The notes under the pieces are model-generated. The model was given only the letters and a program-made list of their open reading frames with translations, was not told the origin of the DNA and made no database searches. Shown piece by piece: positions 58,301-64,000 of a stretch of DNA of 64,000 bases. This DNA is from Ostrea edulis (Eukaryota): assembly GCF_947568905.1 (NCBI RefSeq), contig NC_079166.1, positions 26,784,001-26,848,000 of the forward strand. The letters run 5' to 3'. The first letter of the stretch is position 1, and each line of letters starts with the position of its first letter. A program made the translations under genes and the position numbers.

Positions 58301-59850
58301 ATTCTAAACCTTATAATATTTTAGTAAAAAACAAAAGGAAAATTGAAAACGCTATTCGTTAATATTTTTTAAACCTACAGATAAAATCTTCACAAAACAT
58401 GTCAGTTAGAAAAGAGATACATCGAAGAAATATATTTAAAAAAGAAATTGAAACGAAATGACCAAATTCCAGATATAATCACTATATTCAAACTGGAGAA
58501 AAAAGTACCGATCCCGATCAAAATTGATAGAAATGACTAAAATAATCATATTGTTGCCCATTGTATGCACTGTTCATCAAGAAATTAGTTTCCTTTGTAA
58601 AGTCGTTTAATTTGTCAACTATTTTACATCAAGGGAATGCAGTTTTCCGATTACAATGCTCTCTATGACTCCTTTTTTATTCCGATCGGGCTTGGTTCAA
58701 ATTTGAAAATTCGTAATATTTCTGAATTTTGACAATTTCATTTCAATTTCTTTTTAAAATATATTTCTCTGATATATCTTTTTTCTAACTGACATGTTTT
58801 GTAAAGATTTTATCCATAGGTTTAAAAAATATTACCAAATAATTTATGTTTTCAATTTTCATAAATATTTTTTAATTTAAAGAATTAGAATTAGAATCTG
58901 AGTCGTTTAGGTATGTGGTTTTTTTTTTTAGATATTCATATTATGCATCAAATCACAGCGAAACTTGAACTTTAGAGTATCATATTTGCAAACATAGTAC
59001 CTTTTTATCCTTCCGGGAAAAGAGCTTGTATTACTCTTTTGTTGGTGAAATCATTCTTTATAAGAGGTCTTTTAACGAGCCATTAAAAACAATTGGTGTG
59101 ATGAGTTATCTTAATTGGAAGTGATTGATAAAGTCCAGTCTCCTGGGAAATTAAATCTATTTGTTCAGTGCACTATCCACTCTGTTGTTTGGACTTTATA
59201 ACGTGAGTTTGCATGACAAGTCACCGGAATACAGATATAAGTGCATTTGTATTTTAAAAATAATTCACATATTAGAAACTTACAATTTGAATAACATGTT
59301 CTAAAATTAATTTCACCTAACCTCATTCGTACAGAACAATGACATTTCAGACATTTTCGGTCCCCTCTAATCCTGTGGGGGTCCGGGTAAGAATAGGTCC
59401 TCAGTACCGCTTGCTTGTCATAAGAGGCGACTAGATGGGGCGGTCCTTCGAAAGAGACCGCAAAAACCAAGGTCCCGTGCCACAGCAGGTGTGGCACGAC
59501 AAAGATCCCTCTCTGCTCAAAGACCATAAGCGCCAAACATAGGCCTAAATTTTACAGCCCTTCACCAACAATAATGACGTCCCCATATCAATGACATATT
59601 CTCGAGAGGGAAGTTTTAAAACATTATACCACCAACCAACCGTCCTCCGAAATACTTTGCAATACATACTTGTAAGATTTTCTTCTGCAGTGAAATTGGA
59701 AGAAGACAGTTTAATGACGTAAGGCGGTGACGTATTTTGGGGACCAACACCATGGTTGGGTGTCATGGAGTTGCAGGCAGAATCAGGAGCTCCAGAAGGA
59801 TATCCATAGCAACCACAGAGAAACACCAAACCTAAGTAGACGACGATCAT
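46934..59850 (-). CDS. FRRS1: Ferric-chelate reductase 1-like (Reeler + DOMON + cytochrome b561), 592 aa. Coding exons (minus): 59670-59850, 57464-57606, 57287-57375, 56607-56766, 55915-56100, 55733-55828, 55405-55561, 53011-53124, 52632-52747, 51899-51985, 51740-51814, 51467-51566, 47314-47454, 47151-47191, 46934-47026
   Basis: Fifteen GT-AG exons give 1779 nt in frame ending TAG. Signal peptide, then Reeler ([18 protein letters not shown]...[13 protein letters not shown]), DOMON ([12 protein letters not shown]...GKPKRH) and b561 with four His ligands ([34 protein letters not shown]). The 41-nt exon 47151-47191 and the GTCTGT donor at 55914 are the weakest elements. A non-coding upstream exon is likely (acceptor at 59856-59857). 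Confidence 0.92.
47754..48022 (+). mobile_element. Headless Deu/Nin-like SINE, full length
   Basis: CCCCGTGGGGACCCGGGTTAGAATAGG...GGTCCTTCGGATGAGACCGCAAAAACCAAGGTCCCG...AAACAATATT(CAAT)n. Confidence 0.92.
49945..50215. repeat. 55-bp subunit array with alternating A/B variants (110-bp higher-order unit)
   Basis: AT(C/T)GGGCAAT recurs at 49973, 50028, 50083, 50138 and 50193, followed alternately by ATTACTAG.. and ATTATGAGTATTCCACTA.. Confidence 0.88.
50313..50527 (-). mobile_element. 3' terminal region of an abundant oyster retroelement family (Penelope-like by recall)
   Basis: About 215 bp closely similar to 62310-62515. The Penelope-like assignment rests on recalled linkage of this UTR to RT ORFs like the fragment at 54311. 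Confidence 0.65.
50632..51410 (-). mobile_element. Helentron-like non-autonomous element (subterminal IRs plus stem-loops)
   Basis: ACCGAGCGAAG (50656-50666) and CTTCGCTCGGT (51396-51406) are inverted. A 9-bp GC hairpin lies at 51371-51393 and a small stem-loop ACGGTATGACCGT at 50640-50652. Confidence 0.5.
51970..52372 (-). repeat. 42-bp minisatellite, about 10 units, containing the acceptor and start of FRRS1 coding exon 10
   Basis: TGAAT(C/A) anchors at 51981, 52023, 52071, 52113, 52155, 52197 and 52239, with further units near 52282 and 52324. Confidence 0.93.
54311..54572 (+). pseudogene. Penelope-like element reverse transcriptase fragment
   Basis: Degraded [43 protein letters not shown]......YD...[21 protein letters not shown]. 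This is the YIDD catalytic region (Y mutated to stop) and thumb typical of PLE RTs. Confidence 0.8.
56349..56541. mobile_element. 193-bp MITE with TA TSD
   Basis: TA|CTGTAAACCAACAATTTATTCGCG ... CGCGAATAAAAGTTGTTTTACAG|TA. Confidence 0.88.
57674..57800 (-). mobile_element. Diverged terminal fragment of the 41166-41484 Kolobok-like family
   Basis: AGAAATCTGATATGGATAGAAAGTAGAGGATATGTACAAAAATATTG matches the reverse complement of 41400-41484. TTAA at 57670-57673. Confidence 0.65.
58055..59110. mobile_element. Kolobok-like foldback element, 1056 bp, TTAA TSD, arms about 470 bp
   Basis: TTAA|GGTAGCTCATTACACCAAA...AATGGCTCGTTAAAA / TTTTAACGAGCCATT...TTGGTGTGATGAGTTATC|TTAA. Inverted similarity continues inward to about 58520 and 58675. 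Confidence 0.85.
59371..59641 (+). mobile_element. Headless Deu/Nin-like SINE, full length, ending about 30 bp from the donor of the first FRRS1 coding exon
   Basis: TCCTGTGGGGGTCCGGGTAAGAATAGGTCC...AAACATTATA(CCAA)n. Confidence 0.9.
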
Positions 59851-61297
59851 TCTGGCTGAAAAATGAAGGATTAGAATATCAAATAAAATATTTATAAACG
59901 ATGCATTCATTTCGTGCAGACGTACAAGTCAAAATCAAATATCTGTACACACTTACTATTGACAACCAACGTGAATGAGAGGCCCAGCTATTCTAATACT
60001 TGCACAATTTTATCAACTCAAATTTAAAGATTATCCAAGCAGTAATCCACGAGTTCTATCACATGATAAGTTTGTCACGTGTATCTGACTTAAGTACAGG
60101 GTAAACAATGACAAATCATAATCAACTTCATTTAACTCCAACATTAATTGGAATAGGAAAATTAAAAAAAAAAAATAGAAAGAAAAGCGTGCACCAAATA
60201 TATACGTATAAACATTGTTTTCTTACAGTACAATCCGTTCTCCTGACTGAATTGCATATATATTCTAATCTCACCTATATAATACACCTTTTGTTTACAG
60301 TTGTTATCATTTAAGAATGCAGTCACAAGCATAATTACAGGTGAACTGAATGCAGAATATACATTTGTAAGTAAAAGTGTACAGAGTAGTAGGTTGTTTA
60401 AGTACTAGTGTACTATCGATAACGCTGGTCAACGAGACACAGACACTGAGGTACGCAAAACACTGATGCAGTGCATGATCTGGAAATCACAAAGGCATCG
60501 TGTTTACCGGGGAGAAAACCCATTAACGAAGTACATGTAAAATGATTTAGTCCAAACATCCCAATTTAAAGCTTATTTTTCTGTAAATATTGTCTGAAAT
60601 ATGACCCCCCCCCCCTTCTCTGTGCATGTAGGCTTATATTCTATAAAACCACGATAAATATTGTTTAAAATGTCACGATAAAAATTGAGAAAAGAAAATT
60701 GAATTTTGAAACCACCAGCAGAAAAACGTAATCCAGTCTGGAAACTTACAAAATCCAATCTGGCAAAATACGTAATCCAGTTCGGCAACATTCACGTGAT
60801 GAATTCTAGTCGGCGCGGGACTTATATGGACTGTGTCTTTTCATCGTACCCAGGCCCCTCTCCCTTCAACAGAATCGATGAATTATGCAATGGCGGCTCT
60901 AGAGGGTTGTAACGAGGGTTAGATCCACCACTGTTTTGATGGTGGTTTGGGTAGGACTTTTGAATGCTGGTGGATGCACGTATTGAAATTATCACTATGT
61001 ACAGTAAATGAGTGAAGGCCTCGATCACGTTTCGTTAACGGGCGCGGATCATCACACTAAACTTGACGCGGTGATGATCCTTGTGTACGTATCAACAACG
61101 TGTTATTGTGATATATGTAGGTTGATACTATTTGGACGAGAGCAACGAGTGCTAAACAAATTCTAAACAAACGTCACCACGAACGGAAGTGTATATGATG
61201 GCAAAAAATAACGTTGTTCTCTTAGGGCTCTTTGATTCGTTCGTAAATTGTTTAGAGTATTCTTCCTGTTCGGAAAACGTCGATGTCAAAACTGATT

Positions 61298-61372
61298 GCG
61301 GTACATGTAGCTCAGTGGTAGTGCGTTCGTTTCAGAACCGGAAGGCCGTGAGTTTTCGTTTTCATCCCACGT
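61298..61372 (+). mobile_element. Isolated tRNA-like SINE head
   Basis: GTAGCTCAGTGGTAGTGCGTTCG A-box region. The B box is degenerate and there is no intact cloverleaf. Confidence 0.4.
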
Positions 61373-61521
61373 GTTTACATTGTAGCTGATATATTGCAGC
61401 CAGACAGATTAATGTGATTCTTGAACAACGTTTAATTCAATTTTAAAAAGGATATCGCACTATTAGAAATCGTTTGTATTCACCTTTTATGAAACTAAAA
61501 GATAGTAAGCTTATAACTTAA

Positions 61522-62060
61522 GGTAACTCCATCCTCGCAGTTTTGTCTTACACAAGTTTTAAAAGTGTATTTATTTCCATTTATTAGCGTTAAAACTAAC
61601 AAATTATCAAAGAAAATACATAGGTCATCATACGTTTTAAGATGCGAGACGTACATAAACAGAATCATATATCACCGTCAGAAAATTAAAATTTTCTTTA
61701 AACAACGTTATCAAAATTTCATACAAACTGGTTATGACAATATGACAGTATTCATAACAATTTCATGAAACTGTATCTTCACAAAAATATACAAAATGTC
61801 TGTAAAAAATAAAGGAAATATATCGCATAATAGACTTGATAGAGAAATCAATAAAAACAGAGTTATTGTCCTTGGATTCAATATTTTAAAACTTATCATT
61901 GATTATTCATCTATAACTAATACTTTTAAGATAGTGTATTAAGATATTTTACAAAACCTATCGGAAAAGACTCCAACAAAACATATTCCTATCATGCATA
62001 AATCTAAATAAATCATTGATTTTACAAAATCTGATGACATCACAGGGGGGTGGAATTACT
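61522..62060. mobile_element. Kolobok-like non-autonomous element, 539 bp, TTAA TSD
   Basis: TTAA|GGTAACTCCA ... TGGAATTACT|TTAA. Confidence 0.65.
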
Positions 62061-62092
62061 TTAACAAAACCCAAAATTACATTTCCGTCCCT

Positions 62093-62515
62093 TGTATGAA
62101 AGGTGAAGATAACGAACAGTGATCAATCTCATGACTCCTATAAAGGTGAAGATAAAGAACAGGGATCAATCTCATAACTCCTATAAAGGTGAAGATAAAG
62201 AACAGTTATCATCTCAAAACTCCTATAAAAGTGAAGATAACGAACAGTGATCAATCCCACAGCTCCTATAAAAGTGATGATAACGAACAGTGATCAATCT
62301 CGTAACTCCTATAACGGTGAAGATATCGAACAGCAATCAATCTCATAACTCTTATAAGTAATACAAAATATATAGTTGGGCAAACACGGACCCCTGGACA
62401 CACCAGAGGTGGAGTCAGGTGCCTTGGAGGAGTAAGCATCCCCTGTCGACCGGTCACACCCGCTAAGAGCGTTGTGTCTTGATCAGGTAAATGGTGTAAT
62501 CCGTATAATCAAGTG
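62093..62515 (-). mobile_element. 3' region of the same Penelope-like family as 50313-50527, with its terminal 43 bp in 6 tandem copies
   Basis: AAAGGTGAAGATAACGAACAGTGATCAATCTCATAACTCCTAT units start at 62099, 62142, 62185, 62227, 62270 and 62313. Confidence 0.8.
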
Positions 62516-63433
62516 AGGAAGTCTTAAAATCAGCTGTCCCTGTCTATTATTTCGAATCCAATCATTTTACCTTAGATATCTTTACTAATACGCCAGTTTT
62601 AAGATAAGAGTTCTTCTGTGTAGGAGATGCATTTAGTGGAACTTTTAATGCTGAAGTGGGACAAAGTGGACCTACAGTCAGTGTGGAATACAATGAAATG
62701 TATTGAAAGTGATTTCTCTTTAAGTGTGTAAATGTAGGAAATACAAAATACTATCGAAATAGATATTTTATTAAATTGGAAACATACAAACAGTGTCATA
62801 TTTACAAGTAATTTCCTGAATATGATACGTAAACTGTACAAGCAATGAAATAAGGTCATATAATAAGAATTCCATTTATTTGATTACTTCCCGAATGCTT
62901 ATTATAAAGAGATTTGGCCCACTCCCGCATGTAAACAGATTGTTTCGCGCTTTATTATGTACATCTGTACGAGAGTTCTCCAAACGAAAATAACTCGGAC
63001 GTGTCTCGAAACCGGCGCATTGAAATAATAAGTAAACCATTTCCTCATGAATGTGAACAATGTTCGTATGCATCTTGATAAATATAGTGCGACTATTTTA
63101 ACGACTGGGATATTCCCACAGAAATGAAAGTAGAATGCAGATATGAATTGGTTTTCATTTTTGAAAGTACAAATGTACATGAGGGTATGAACAGCACCGC
63201 TTCACGCCAGCATGAGTTTCATGAAGCGTTTCCTAAAGCATCGCAGTTCACGCTCTCATGCATTTCCAAAAGTGAAATTCATTTCTCAAATATGTTGTCT
63301 ATAAATCGGGAACATTCTGCCCTACTTTTTTGACTGCCTTTGTCTTAATGTTTAGACAACTGAAAAGTCAAAATTTAGCTTGAGTTCAAGGTCATGAAAC
63401 AATGATAAAGCCACAATCAGGTGCATAGTGTTT

Positions 63434-64000
63434 CACGTACAGTGGTACATTGTAAATAATACATACGTACAGTGATATATTGTAAGTAATACATACGTAC
63501 AGTGGTACATTGTAACTAATACATACGTACAGTGGTACATTGTAACTAATACATACGTACAGTGGTACATTGTAACTAATACATACGTACAGTGGTATAT
63601 TGTAACTAATACATACGTACAGTGGTACATTGTAACTAATACATACGTACAGTGGTATATTGTAACTAATACATACGTACAGTGGTACATTGTAACTAAT
63701 ACATACGTACAGTGGTATATTGTAACTAATACATACGTACAGTGATACATTGTAACTAATACATACGTACAGTGGTACATTGTAAATAATACATACGTAC
63801 AGTGGTACCTTGTAACTAATACATACGTACAGTGATATATTGTAAGTAATACATACGTACAGTGGTACATTGTAACTAATACATACGTACAGTGGTATAT
63901 TGTAACTAATACATACGTACAGTGGTACATTGTAACTAATACATACGTACAGTGGTATATTGTAACTAATACATACGTACAGTGATACATTGTAACTAAT
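63434..64000. repeat. 30-bp minisatellite, at least 18 copies, runs off the right edge
   Basis: GTACAGTGGTACATTGTAACTAATACATAC, highly homogeneous. Confidence 0.97.

Noticed and set aside
59165-59536. 123-aa ORF (also 45936-46148, 45962-46237, 50191-50406 and 62266-62457)
   Set aside because: Chance open frames across SINE or retroelement UTR copies.
13012-59641. All six headless SINE copies lie on the plus strand
   Set aside because: The chance probability is about 1 in 32 for six copies, and they are both sense and antisense to host genes. Too weak to call an orientation bias.
63433-63990. 185-aa repeat protein
   Set aside because: Produced by a 30-bp unit lacking stops in one frame. There is no non-repetitive coding context or splice signal in the window.

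Overview
AT-rich, intron-rich animal genomic DNA. The repeat families and gene content point to a bivalve, probably an oyster; this is inferred, not determined. Six protein-coding genes can be spliced by eye with GT-AG introns and consistent phases. (1) The 5' part of intersectin (minus strand, runs off the left edge). (2) CRYZL1/FERRY subunit Fy-4 (plus, 11 exons, 353 aa), head-to-head with intersectin as in human. (3) JAGN1 (minus, 2 exons, 189 aa). (4) IRAK1BP1 (plus, 3 exons, 251 aa), head-to-head with JAGN1. (5) An orphan type I membrane protein with a degenerate SUEL/rhamnose-lectin domain (plus, 5 exons, 357 aa). (6) An FRRS1-like Reeler-DOMON-cytochrome b561 ferric reductase (minus, 15 coding exons, 592 aa). 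Introns and intergenic DNA are packed with non-autonomous DNA transposons (Tc1/pogo, hAT, Kolobok-like, foldback MITEs, Helentron-like), SINEs, L1/Tx1, Penelope-like and Gypsy remnants, and minisatellites. The most notable observations: conserved ITSN-CRYZL1 divergent microsynteny with an invertebrate Fy-4; minisatellites that amplify real splice sites into PTC-producing decoys; a TTAA DNA transposon carrying a tRNA-like Pol III promoter; a SINE family whose long copies lack a tRNA head; abutting L1 3' ends; and a 6x reiterated terminus of a Penelope-like element. Most ORFs in the supplied track are shadow or repeat artefacts. No database searches were run; family names come from recalled consensus features.
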